Of a stretch of 64,000 nucleotides of DNA, positions 41,427 through 52,845 are shown one piece after another. Where the stretch lies: assembly GCF_006345805.1 (NCBI RefSeq), contig NC_042999.1, forward strand, positions 148,676,001-148,740,000. Reading direction: 5' to 3'. The first letter of the stretch is position 1. Each line of letters opens with the position of its first letter. A program made the translations under genes and the position numbers. Origin of the DNA: Octopus sinensis (taxonomy: Eukaryota). Below the pieces are notes generated by a model. The model was not told the origin of the DNA, did no database searches, and worked only from the letters and a program-made list of their open reading frames with translations.

Positions 41427-41874
41427 CCCTTTCTTTACTGTATTTATTTTGAGATGCTCTGTGTTTCTTTCAATTACTTTAAATACAACAAAGAATTTAG
41501 TAAAATAACTTAGTTATAATTAAGCTAGTGTCAGGAACATAAATTGTGACTAAGGCTTGGTGGAAGATTTTAATCCAAAACTTTTGAAAACAAGACATTT
41601 GTACTACAGAGCCTGAAGCAGTTTCAGCCGGGTTGGTATCAAAAGGGTTAAGAATTGTTTCTCTATTATATATTTTAACTCTTTTGTTACCATATTTCTG
41701 TTGAGATACTCTGTGTTTCTTTCAATTAATTTTAAATATGACAAAGAATCTAGTAAAATAACTTAGCTATCATTCAGCTAGTGTTAGGAACATAAATCGT
41801 GACTAAGGTTTGGTGGAAGATGACATTTGTACTCAGAACCAAAGCCAGTTTCAGCTGGGTTGGTATCAAAAGGG
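41427..41874 (+). mobile_element. Two adjacent piggyBac-type (TTAA) MITEs
   Basis: TTAA|CCCTTT...AAAGGG|TTAA (41427-41647) and a homologous copy at 41679-41874. Further family copies at about 4490-4722, 43680-43878, 55730-55915 and 58201-58450. Confidence 0.75.
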
Positions 41875-43194
41875 ATAATCAAAAACCACTACTGCACTCA
41901 TGACTTTCAGAAACATATTTTCACACTCAGAATTGTCAAAGCATGAAATAAACTACCTACGTCAGTTCTTAGCTGTCAGGATGCTGCATTCTTAAAAATT
42001 TCCATACTTTACAAAATTCTGCAACACTACTTCAGATGTGCTATGCTCACTTTCTTCTTTACAACTCTTTTATTCTTCACTTTTCTATCTTTTTCTGTTT
42101 TATTCTGAGCAAGTCTTTCTAGCTTCCATTGCGGTCTTTCTTTACTATGTCTGCTTTCTATCTCCTCTCTTAACCTCTTCCAACAACTTGGAGTACACCT
42201 GAGCACTGTATACAATAAGATTAATATTATATGGAGCCTGTTATCACTGTGTCAATTTGATTAATTCTTAACTTCAAAGTCAGTATCAGCTGTGATAACT
42301 ATTCTCTTGCACATTGTGTTATTAGTGACTCAAAAGATTAAAAAAGAAAAAAAAAAAACAGGAGTAAAATATACTTGAAACCAGTGCAATGGGAAATAAA
42401 TACCCTATTTACAATACCAAATTGCAGAAGAGTGAGAGAATCAGTAGGAGGAGGACAAGATTATATACCTTACAGTATTTAATTTTATTTTCCTTACTTT
42501 CTAAGCTTAAAATCTGCAGTAGCTAATTTTGCTTTATCTTTCCAAAGTTGATACGATAAGTATTGGTTGTGAACTGAAGTTGATTTAATCAACTTGTTCT
42601 TCCTTTGTACAAATTTAAGGCCTTGTTTTAAAATTATTTATGAAAAATATTGATTTCTTATATTTGCACAAGAACTTATATCTCAACATATTCATTATCA
42701 TTATTTTGTAGTTGACAAAGATCATATTGGTTGCAGCTGAGGGTTATGTGAAGTGGACAGCTGCAGTTCTGCTATCACATTTCAGAAATGAGAAATTAGA
42801 AACAGGGTTGAGATAGACTGATTAGATTCATTATCATCATTTAACATCCGTTTTCTATGCTGGCATGGGTTGGGCTGTTTAAAAAAGTGAAGTAACCTTT
42901 TCAAGTCATACGAACTCAGAAGGACTGGTTTCCCAGTTTCATGACATATATATTCCCCACCTGGATGGGACGCCAATCCATTGTGAAATGAAGTGTTTTG
43001 ATAAAGAACACAATGCATCACCTGGTCCAGGAATCGAAACCACAATCTTACGGTCATGAGTCCAACACTCTAATCACTAAGCCACACACCACAGTTGGAC
43101 AGTTTGACATGATCTGGCAAGCCAGAGAGTTGCACCAGGCTCCAACTGCCTGTTCTGACGTGGTTTCTATAACTGGATGCTCTTCCTAGTACCA

Positions 43195-43600
43195 ACCACT
43201 TTACAGAGTGTACTGGGTGCTTTTTACATGGCACCAGTGCTAGCACTATTACATGGTGCCAGCACAGGTACATTATATGTGATACCAGCATAAGCACTTT
43301 ATAAGTGGCATAGGTATGGGTACTTTTTACGTGGCACCAGTACTAGCACTATTACATGGTACTGGCACAGGTGCTTAATACATGGGACCAGCACAGATAC
43401 ATTATATGTGACACCAGCATAGGTACTTTATATGTGGAATAGGTGTGGGTGCTTTTTATGTGGAACCAGCACGGTTGCTGTCCGCATGGCACCAGCAGGG
43501 TTGCTTTTTATGTGGTTCCAGCACAGGTGTTTTATGCATGGCACTGGCACAAGTACTTTATATGTGACATCAGTATGGGTGTTGTCTACATGGCACCAGC
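43195..43600. repeat. Degenerate minisatellite of the RTE 3'UTR motif (gtgcttttyaygtggcaccagcac)
   Basis: More than 10 imperfect 20-30-bp units directly following an RTE 3'UTR fragment. Confidence 0.75.
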
Positions 43601-43679
43601 ATGTAAATTAGAGACACAGGTTTGAAGTTTGAGTCCAAGGACAGCTGTTTCTGTTGACTTCTCACTAATGACTTAAAGT

Positions 43680-43878
43680 GAACCCAGCTGCAACCGGCTC
43701 TGGCTCTGTAGTACAAAGGTCTTGTTTTGAATTAAAATCTTCCACCAAACCTTAGTCACATTTTATGTTCCTAACACTGGCTAAATGATAACTAAGTTAT
43801 TTTACTAAATTCTTTGTTATATTTAAAGTAATTGAAAGAAACACAGAGCATCTCAAAATAAATACAGTAACAAAAGGG
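43680..43878 (-). mobile_element. piggyBac-type MITE (reverse copy of the 41427 family)
   Basis: Reverse-complement homology to 41427-41647; ends AAAGGG|TTAA. Confidence 0.7.
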
Positions 43879-44130
43879 TTAATGAAACAGTAACCTCTAT
43901 ATTGCTGTTTAGCCCACAGTCAGAATTAATCAAGTAGAATTATGATAAAAGGCATTCCAGTCATTTATTCTAATACAATATTTAATGTGACCATAAAATT
44001 TTAAAGATGGTAAGGCACGATTCTAGGGAGATTTGGCTGTTAATTCTACTAGATCAACTAACTACATACACATTCCCAATGTATGGATTTCTTTTCTTTT
44101 AAAGGAAAAGTTATTCACAATAAACCTAAC

Positions 44131-44514
44131 AGACGCAGGAGTGGCTGTGTGGTAAGTAGCTTGCTAACCAACCACATGGTTCCGGGTTCAGTCCCACTGC
44201 GTGGCATCCTGGGCAAGTGTCTTCTGCTATAGCCCCGGGCCGACCAATGCCTTGTGAGTGGATTTGGTAGACGGAAACTGAAAGAAGCCTGTCGTATATA
44301 TGTATATATATATGTGTGTGTTTGTGTTTGTCCCCCTAGCATTGCTTGACAACTGATGCTGGTGTGTTTACGTCCCCGTCACTTAGCGGTTCAACCGATA
44401 GAATAAGTACTGGGCTTACAAAGAATAAGTCCCGGGGTTGATTTGCTCGACTAAAGGCGGTGCTCCATCATGGCCGCAGTCAAATGACTGAAACAAGTAG
44501 AAGAGTAAAGAGTA
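44131..44514 (+). mobile_element. CORE-type SINE, full length, young
   Basis: Same family as 2885-3316, in the plus orientation, with most CpGs intact. Confidence 0.88.
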
Positions 44515-44959
44515 ACACTTTATTTGGTTCAAGATTATTTGAAATTAATTCTTAACTTTTGTTATGAATATTATTGAACTGTATGCGTACATAACAGGAT
44601 AGATTACTATCAGCAGAGAGATAATATGGAAATATTTCAAAAGATCTTGGAATGTTATACCTATGATTCTTTTTATCAGAATAATTAGAACATGTCTTCC
44701 TGAGGGGTAAACCCATTTTCGTGCTGTTACAGTTACGCCGGGTTTTAATCAGTTTTAATCCCTATCGTCAAGTGAGATATTTGTACATCTTTGTACACAT
44801 AACTTCGGTCGAGTTTAAGCTCAATAAATACTTCGTGCAGTCTTTTGACGATGTATACATAATTATCATACATGAATAATGTTGTAATTGTTGCTGCTGT
44901 TATAATAAAAAGTATATTTATTAAATAAAAGAAAAATCTAAACATTTCTAGTTGAAACG

Positions 44960-45364
44960 TATTTCTTTACTACCCACAAGGGGCTTAAGCACAGAGGGGA
45001 CAAACAAGGACAGACATAGGTATTAAGTCGATTACATCGACCCAGTGCGCAACTGGTACTTATTTAATCGACCCCGAAAGGATGAAAGGCAAAGTTGACC
45101 TCGGCGGAATTTGAACTCAGAACGTAGCGGCGGACGAAATACCTATTTCTTTATTACCCACAAGGGGCTAAACGTAGAGAGGACAAACAAAGGTATTAAG
45201 TCGATTACATCGACCCCCAGTGCGTAACTGGTACTTATTTAATCAACCCCGAAAGGATGAAAGGCAAAGTCGACCTCGGCGGAATTTGAACTCAGAACGT
45301 AGCGGCGGACGAAATACCGCGAAGCATTTCGCCCGGCGTGCTAACGATTCTACCAGCTCGCCGC
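44960..45364 (-). mobile_element. Tandem dimer of SINE family 2
   Basis: Units at 44960 and 45142; same junction as in the 10495 array. Confidence 0.88.
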
Positions 45365-46012
45365 TGAAACCTGTAGAGCCCTTAATTATATACATCACAC
45401 ACTCATACTAGGTGGAAGAGCTGATAAAGGAACCTCAAAGTGAAAGCAGCAACTGCGAGAAATAACGACCAAAAAAATCTCCCCTAAATCATACCCTACT
45501 CGTCTTGAATAAAAACAGATAATACAGTCCCTATAAGGACGGAACGATCACGGCTGGAATGCTTTTGATTATGGGTGTATTTGATCAAGTTGACAGGGGA
45601 CTAACAAAGTCAACAACTCCATTCGTGTCATATAGGTGTGTGTGTGCTTGAAAGGGTGTAAGTAGGAGGGAAAAAACAATCTTCCGTGGTTTCTTTTACA
45701 ATGACTAAGTAAATTCTGAAATACTTCAGATTGCTGAAGTTAAACAAGCATTACCTCCACCCTTGTTTATCATATAACTGTGTTTTCTTGTTTGTATATT
45801 TTTATTTCACATAGAACACCCATTCATTTCATTCAGTAACCAAACTGATAGCAAGTTCATTGAAAGCAACAACGATTGTTTTTAAGTAAATTTGTCTAAG
45901 GGAAGAAACTCATACTGAACTGACAAAACTACAGATAAATTACGAGATATTCCAGATTGCCCCACCCAATTCTTTTGCCGTCATTGGTAATTGTTGTATA
46001 TCTAATTAAATT

Positions 46013-46122
46013 TTAATTATTTATTTAGCACTTTCAGTCAAAAAATACTTCGATTTTAGATAAATTGAGATGTCAACCACGAAATACGTACGAATGTATT
46101 ATTTAAGTTTATACATGTATGT

Positions 46123-46162
<40 letters not shown>

Positions 46163-46290
46163 ACATACATGCATATGTGTCTGATTATGTATAAACTTAA
46201 ATAATACATTCGTACGTATTTCGTGGTTGACATCTCAATTTATCTAAAATCGAAGTATTTTTTGACTGAAAGTGCTAAATGAATAATTAA
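46013..46290. repeat. 278-bp near-perfect palindrome centred on (TA)n
   Basis: Arms 46013-46116 and 46187-46290 (104 bp, 1 mismatch), plus an inner perfect hairpin. Confidence 0.92.
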
Positions 46291-48249
46291 GATATATATA
46301 TATATACACGCAATATTCTCAAACAAGAATGTTGTTGACAGTGACTTCGAAGTTTCGGTCAGTAAAGCCATATATGTAACAATACAATAAAATGTCCCCT
46401 AATAATCCATTGTGGTTAAGCGCCTAACTGCACTTGGAACATCCAATGCTGAAGTTCCAAACAACCACAATGGTGAAACGTATGTGGGAACAAATTATAT
46501 AAATTTGTATTATCATAATCTCTACTACTACAGCTGCTCTGTATATCATAATAATAATACTACTAAGTACAGCACAAGCTAAACCGCTACACCTGAAGTA
46601 GAACTGGATAATTATAATTTGAACAGGGAGAGAATTCTAGAAGGCCAACATTCTAAGGTGGAAGGACCAGTGGCTTGTGTGGTAGTAGTAGAAAGAGCAG
46701 AAAGAGAAGACACCAAATTTGTGAGCCAGAAACTGGATTGTGCTTACAAATGAATTTAAGCTTATCACTTGAGAGACCTTTCTATGGATGCAGCCTAAGA
46801 TGTCTGTGTGTGCAGCAGTAGTAGTATGGTCCTATTTGTGTGGGCAGTACACCATTGTGTGTTACACCTAAACTTTGCAGATTTGAGTAGGGCTTATGTT
46901 TTTGTTTTGTTTGTTTTACTGTTGAAAGAGACAAGGTCAGCATGCCCCACTTATATCCCTCTCTCTCTCTCTTTCGGAGAGGCACTGAGCAGCTATACGC
47001 ACACATACACACACGGCAGTAACTTCCACCTACCGAATTCAATCACTAAGCTCCGGTTGGCTCGGGGCTATAGTGGAAGACACCTACCCAAAGTGCCACG
47101 CAGTGGGACTGAACCCGAAACCATGTAACTAGGAAGCAAGCTCCCTAACCACACAGCCATGCCCACGCCTACAAAATGGCTAATTCCAAGAAAAACAAAT
47201 TAAGAAGAAACATTAGTCAAAAGAATGGCAGAATATTTGTTAAACTATTAAAGTTTTTCACGGAAATAAGCAAAAACAATAATAAATTATTGTAAATATA
47301 ATCATCTCACTTTAGTATCAGTTTGCTCTTATCAAGCAAACCTATGATCAAAGTTATGGCCATTTTGTTCTTTCTCAAATCGTATTTATTAATAAATCAT
47401 ATATCCTAAAACCAAGGTTCCACATAAAAAGCACCCAGTCCACTCTGTAAAGTGGTTGGTATTAGGGAGGGCATCCAGCTGTAGAAACCTAACCAAAACA
47501 GACTATGGAACCTGGTGCGGCCCCTGGCCTTACCAACTCTTATCAAGTTGTCCAATAGAAAACAGACATATGATGATGATGATGATGATATCCACCTTAT
47601 CCCTTTTTTCAAAACAATAAAGTGTGATATGAGAGGAGTTTGGTTGCTATTTCAAGTAAACTGACAGACTGCCAAGCGATTTATTTTGTTGGCTCACCAA
47701 AATTGTAGAACTTTCAACCCTTATTCACTGAAGCATAGAATTCTTAATCAAAAATTACTAAAAACTAAAGGATTTACAACAGCTTTCCTTCTTCCCTTCT
47801 TTTCATTTAATATGCATGCATTTATAAAAATAAAATATATTTTTGTATATAAATACATTGCATTTCCATTTGGAATGTATAATTATATTTTGATTGCATA
47901 TGTAATTACATTTTCATCCTTTATCAATTGAAATAACAACATTTTTCAGGAAGTGAAACTGAACAACACTAATTCTTTCATCACTGAATACATATTACTT
48001 CCATTATTTCTAAAACTAATACAGCTATTATAAGATATTCATATTCTTTATCCGTGTAACTCATCATTATCATCATCATCATTTAATGTCTGCTTTCCAT
48101 GCTGGCATGGGTTGGGCAGTTTGACAGGCGCTGGCAAGCCAGAGAGCTACACCAGGCTCCAATTGTCTATTTGGCATGGTTTCTATGGCTGGATACCCTT
48201 CCTAACACTAACCACTTTACAAAGTGCGCTAGATGTGGATGGAATACAA

Positions 48250-48490
48250 AAGTTCCTTCCCAAGTTATTTAGACTCAGAGGGACTACTTTACCAGTTTCT
48301 GTGGCATATATATTCCCTCTGGATGGGACACCAGTCGATTGCAGGATTAAGCATTTTTGCCAGCTGACTGAACTAGGGCAACGTGAAATGAAGTGTTTTG
48401 CTAAAAAACACAACACATTACCCAGTCCAGGAATCAAAACCACAATCTTACAATCATGAGTCCAACGCCCTAACCACTAAGCCACACACA
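48250..48490 (-). mobile_element. tRNA-derived SINE family 4
   Basis: Minus head ggcttagtggttagggcgttggactc..gattcctggact; central ctggatgggacaccagtc; homologue at 42880-43090. Confidence 0.6.
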
Positions 48491-49388
48491 GGTGCTTTAT
48501 ACATGGTACCAGCATGCGTGCTTTTAATGTAACACCATCATGGGCACTTCTTACATGGAACCAGCACCAGTGCGTTTTAAAGGGAACCAGCACCAGTGCG
48601 TTTTACATGGAACCAGCACCAGTGCTTTTAATGTGGCACCAGCACAGGTGCTTTTAATGTGGCACCAGCAATATGTGCTTTTTATATGGCACCAAATATA
48701 TAGATATTGGATTTTGTTTTGGGAAAGATATTCAACTTCATCTGGAGATGAGGTTTGATAAGGTTTCAGCTGAAGAGTTCATGAATGTTGGGGGAGTATA
48801 GAGGTAACTCCTTAGTTACCTTTACTACCAGATCCACCCTAGTCTGGGTTGATAGTACCTGTCAAGGGTCCCCTATCATGGGCCAAATAGCAGAAAGATG
48901 GTCTTGTGGTTTAGATATACAGGAATTGGAGGTGGGTTGGCCCCTAGATATTTGCAACACAGGCCCCTCAATGTGTAGGTATGCCCTGATGTCACATGAA
49001 ATGGTTAAATAGGTCCTGTGCATCAAAGCTAAGGTCAGGAGAACAACAAACAAGAATAAATTGTAAATAATCTGGTAGAAGACAAGAAACTACTACTGCA
49101 TCTTTCCCAAGAAAGATCATGAATCTTCAGACTTGCATACAGATCCATGATTGCTGACACCTGTAGGTTAACAACGGCACTCTGCTGGCTACAATGATGA
49201 GTGTTCCAGTTCATCTGACTAGTGGAACAGCCTGCTCATGGAATTAACATGCAAGTGGCTGAGCACTCCACAAGCATGCATACCCTTAATGTAGTTCTTG
49301 GAGAGATTCAGCGTGATGGAGGATGTGACAAGGCTGGCCCTTTGAATAACAGGTGCAATTCATTTTTGCCAGCTGAGTGGACTGGAGC

Positions 49389-49770
49389 AATCATCATCAT
49401 CATCATCATTTAGCGTCCGCTTTCCATGCCAGCATGGGTTGGACGCTTCAACTGGGGTCTGGGAAGCCAGAAGGCTGCACCAGGCCCAGTCTGATCTGGC
49501 AATGTTTCTATGGCTGGATGCCCTTCCTAACGCCAACCACTCCATGAGTGTAGTGGGTGCTTTTTATGTGCCACCGGCACAGGTGCCAGACTGGGCTGGT
49601 AAACGGCCACGGTCGGATGGTGCTTTTTACGTGCCACCAGCACAGAGATCAGTCGGGGCGGCGCTGGCAACGGTCACAATTGGATGGTTCGCTTACGTGC
49701 CACCGGCACTGGTATCACGGCTGCAATTTCCATTGATGTTGACTGACTTCGATTTTGGTTCTGAGAAATG
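49389..49770 (-). mobile_element. RTE LINE 3'UTR fragment with (GAT)n tail
   Basis: Homologous to 34130-34330. More than 20 such fragments occur, e.g. 16905-17075(+), 32990-33365(+), 50700-51100(+), 54376-54745(-, two in tandem) and 62140-62570(-). Confidence 0.85.
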
Positions 49771-50699
49771 AATTGTCTTGCTCAAGGACAAAATGTGCTG
49801 CAGGGAAGCAAACTCACGACCTTACAATTCCGAGCCAAATACCATTAAACCATGTTTTCACTTCTAAGTATAGCACAAGAAGAGAGAATATTGGATTGAG
49901 ATTCTTTATAATTTTTTTTAAATACAAGTAATTTTTATATAGTTTTAAATTATATTTTTTCCCTCAAAATTCTGAATCTCTGATGCTTTAAAATGTGAAA
50001 AACCAAAGACCTTTAAAGAAATATCAAAAAATTAGCAGAGATTTCTTTTTTTTAAATCCACATATTTTTAACATTTCAAGTAAAAGTTATGCATTTTTAA
50101 TGTAAATAGCAATCTTCTATTTTACTCAAAACTTCCCTTAACACTAACACCACCATCACCACAAACCATGATGGAACCTGTATGTCGTCACTTGATCTGC
50201 TAGAAATAGCAATCAATTCTCCAGCAAATTACAACATATTGATAAACTATTTATAATCACGTTTATTTCCATAAAAAAATATCAGATAACCAGAAAATAA
50301 AGTGAAACTATATTTCAGTTTCTAATTTATTACTATCATGTTGAAATTAAAGAAAAAAGTTTTAAATAATTCATATAGTTTTTCGATATTTTTCAATAAA
50401 TATGTCTTTCAATAAAATTTGATATTGACTAATATATTTTCAATCAATTTGTCTTTCAACAAGTTTGGTTTTCTATGAATACATCTTAATGAATGTCTTC
50501 TGGCCAACATCTGTTTTGCTCATTACGCTTTTGATAGACAAACCTAATCTCGCACATATAATATATGAGTTACAAATGTGTTTGTGTGCGAATAGTTCTG
50601 GTTCAGTCCCACGGTGTGATACCTTGGGTGTGTGTTTTCTATAGATTTGGTAGATGGAACCTGAAAGAAGCCCATCATATATATATAACCCAACAAATG

Positions 50700-51100
50700 A
50701 AGTGAGTTCATGGCTCGAAGGACAACCTGCTGTGCTAACCTTGGATCGTAGAGTGACCCGTTGTGCTTGAGGAGACCTATTGAGTCAAGTACGTCAACAC
50801 CAACATCAAAAAATCAAATGGAAATTGTAGTTATGATACCTGTGCCGGTGGCACGTAAAAAGCACTAACTGATTGTGGCCATTTGCCAGCCTCCTCTGGC
50901 CCTTGTGCCAGTGGCATGTAAAAAGCATCCACTACACTCACGAAGTGGTTGGCATTAAGAAGGGTATCCAGCCATAGAAACACTGCCAGATCAGACTGGA
51001 GCCTGGTGCAGCCTCCTGGCTTCCCAGACCCCGGTCGAACCGTCCAACCCATGCTAGCATGGAAAACAGACGTTAAATGATGATGATGAGGAGGAGGATG
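50700..51100 (+). mobile_element. RTE LINE 3'UTR fragment
   Basis: ggcacgtaaaaagcac...ggcattaagaagggtatccagcc...catggaaaacagacgttaaatgatgatgatg. Confidence 0.85.
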
Positions 51101-51106
51101 ATGATA

Positions 51107-51293
51107 GGGAGAATTCCCAAAAAAAACAAAAGACGAAGACAGGTGGTGTAGAAAACAAACAGATGTATTAGTATAACGCTCGGGAATTGAAAAAGTCTTA
51201 ACGTTTCGAGCCTACGCTCTTCCACAGAAAGGAACACAGAAAGAAACAAGGAGAGAAAAAAATGTGTGTAGTGGCTACCAATCTATCATGGCG
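51107..51293 (-). mobile_element. Penelope-like terminal fragment with a degenerate hammerhead-like motif
   Basis: Minus strand ctgtggaa-GAGC-gtag-GCTC-GAAA-cgtta; flanked by an RTE tail and (TA)n. Confidence 0.45.
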
Positions 51294-51553
51294 AATATAT
51301 ATATAGTAAAATAAGGATTGAGATCAAATCGAGTACTTGAAAGACATGCACCAAGTAGGGCTGGATAAACATGTGGTTCAGCCATGACAAAATTCAGCCA
51401 CATTCCTGTCGTATTCTTGGGATATGCTTTTAATTGTAAAATTAGGTTTCATCTGATGATTTTGTAATGAAATGATGTTCACATTCTTCTATTAAAAAAT
51501 GCATAAGAAACAGCTACAATAAGCTCACAACTAACCATCGTCTATCATTATTC

Positions 51554-51555
<2 letters not shown>

Positions 51556-51642
<87 letters not shown>
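51556..51642. repeat. Long (TA)n microsatellite
   Basis: About 85 bp of near-pure TA. Confidence 0.95.
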
Positions 51643-51645
<3 letters not shown>

Positions 51646-52003
51646 CACTCTTAACCTGCTGTAGTTTTGAAAGACTTTTATTCATCTTGTCCACTTTTAC
51701 AGCTATTTTATATCAAGGCAAATTGTAGATGCTTATTCGAACATCTTTTTTCAACATGTAAGGAAGTAGTTTTCTATCTTCCTCTTTTTCTTTATATATA
51801 TATATATCTGTTACTTAGCGGTTCGGCAAAAGAGACTGATAGAATAAGTACTGGGCTTACAAAAGAATAAGTCCCGGGGGTCGAGTTGCTCGACTAAAGG
51901 CGGTGCTCCAGCATGGCCGCAGTCAAATGACTGAAACAAGTAAAAGAGTAAAAGAGTAATATATATTACACACACACATACATACATACATACACACACA
52001 CAG

Positions 52004-52034
<31 letters not shown>

Positions 52035-52448
52035 ATTTGTTGCCTTGGCAAGAAGCATGTTGAATCTTTTGGAAAGTACATTTATACTTTCTTATCCTCT
52101 AACTTTTTGAAATATATATATATATATATATATATATTGTATGAGTGTGTGTCTTTGTGTCAGTATTTGCCCCCAATATTGCTTGACAACCAGTGTTAGT
52201 GTTTACATCCCTGTAACTTAGTGGTTCAACAAAAGAAACCAATAGAATAAGTACCAGGCTTTAAAAACATAAGCACAAGGGGTGGATTCATTTAACTAAA
52301 AATTCTTTGAGGTGATGCCCCAGCATGGCCATGTCTAATGACTAAAACAAGATATATATAATAAGATATATATAATACATTGAAAGTGAGCTTGAAGCTT
52401 GCTTGCTTGCTTACAATGTTACCCAGTCAGACTGGCACATATTGGGAA

Positions 52449-52845
52449 CACGTTCTTGTTAGATTGACAGTATACAACCATTCTATCGCCCCACCACCGT
52501 ACATGTCTCTACGAGAGATTTAGAAATTCAATATTTCTTATTTTGATAATCAGTGAATAGACTTCACTGAGTTATAGATATATACAATTACGAAGTCGAG
52601 ACAAATATCACCAGCTGACCGGTGTCTGCTACTCTAGGCCGATGAAGGACAACGATCCTGAAACACGTGTCCCTAGATGCAGCTTCGGCAGCCGGGGGTG
52701 TTTGTCTCCCCTTCGTATATGTATATAAGGACACAGGGAAAAATGTGTCAAAGCCATCAGGAGGCGTTCGATGCTTCCTAGGGTTATACAGCGGTGGTGT
52801 ACCCCCTACTGTCACGTTCTTGTTAGATTGACAGTATACAACCAT
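52449..52845 (+). mobile_element. Hammerhead-bearing retroelement unit (retrozyme-like or Penelope pseudo-LTR), 364-nt period with 33-nt terminal direct repeat
   Basis: cacgttcttgttagattgacagtatacaaccat occurs at 52449-52481 and 52813-52845. It encloses the hammerhead and several hairpins, and is CpG-rich relative to the flanks. Confidence 0.6.
52626..52682 (+). ncRNA. Type I hammerhead ribozyme (minimal palindromic stem III), predicted cleavage after C52671
   Basis: Stem I TCTAGG (52633-38) pairs with CCTAGA (52672-77), extended by CTGC (52626-29)/GCAG (52679-82). Core CCGATGA (52639-45). Stem II AGGA-caacga-TCCT (52646-59). GAAA (52660-63). Stem III AC-acgt-GT containing the palindrome CACGTG. 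Cleavage triplet GTC (52669-71). Topology matches the hammerhead consensus except U4->C. Confidence 0.85.

Noticed and set aside
46330-46380. Minus-strand GACC-GAAA-CUUCGAAG-UC (palindromic stem III plus GUC)
   Set aside because: No CUGANGA core and no intact stem I; at best an unrecognisable relic.
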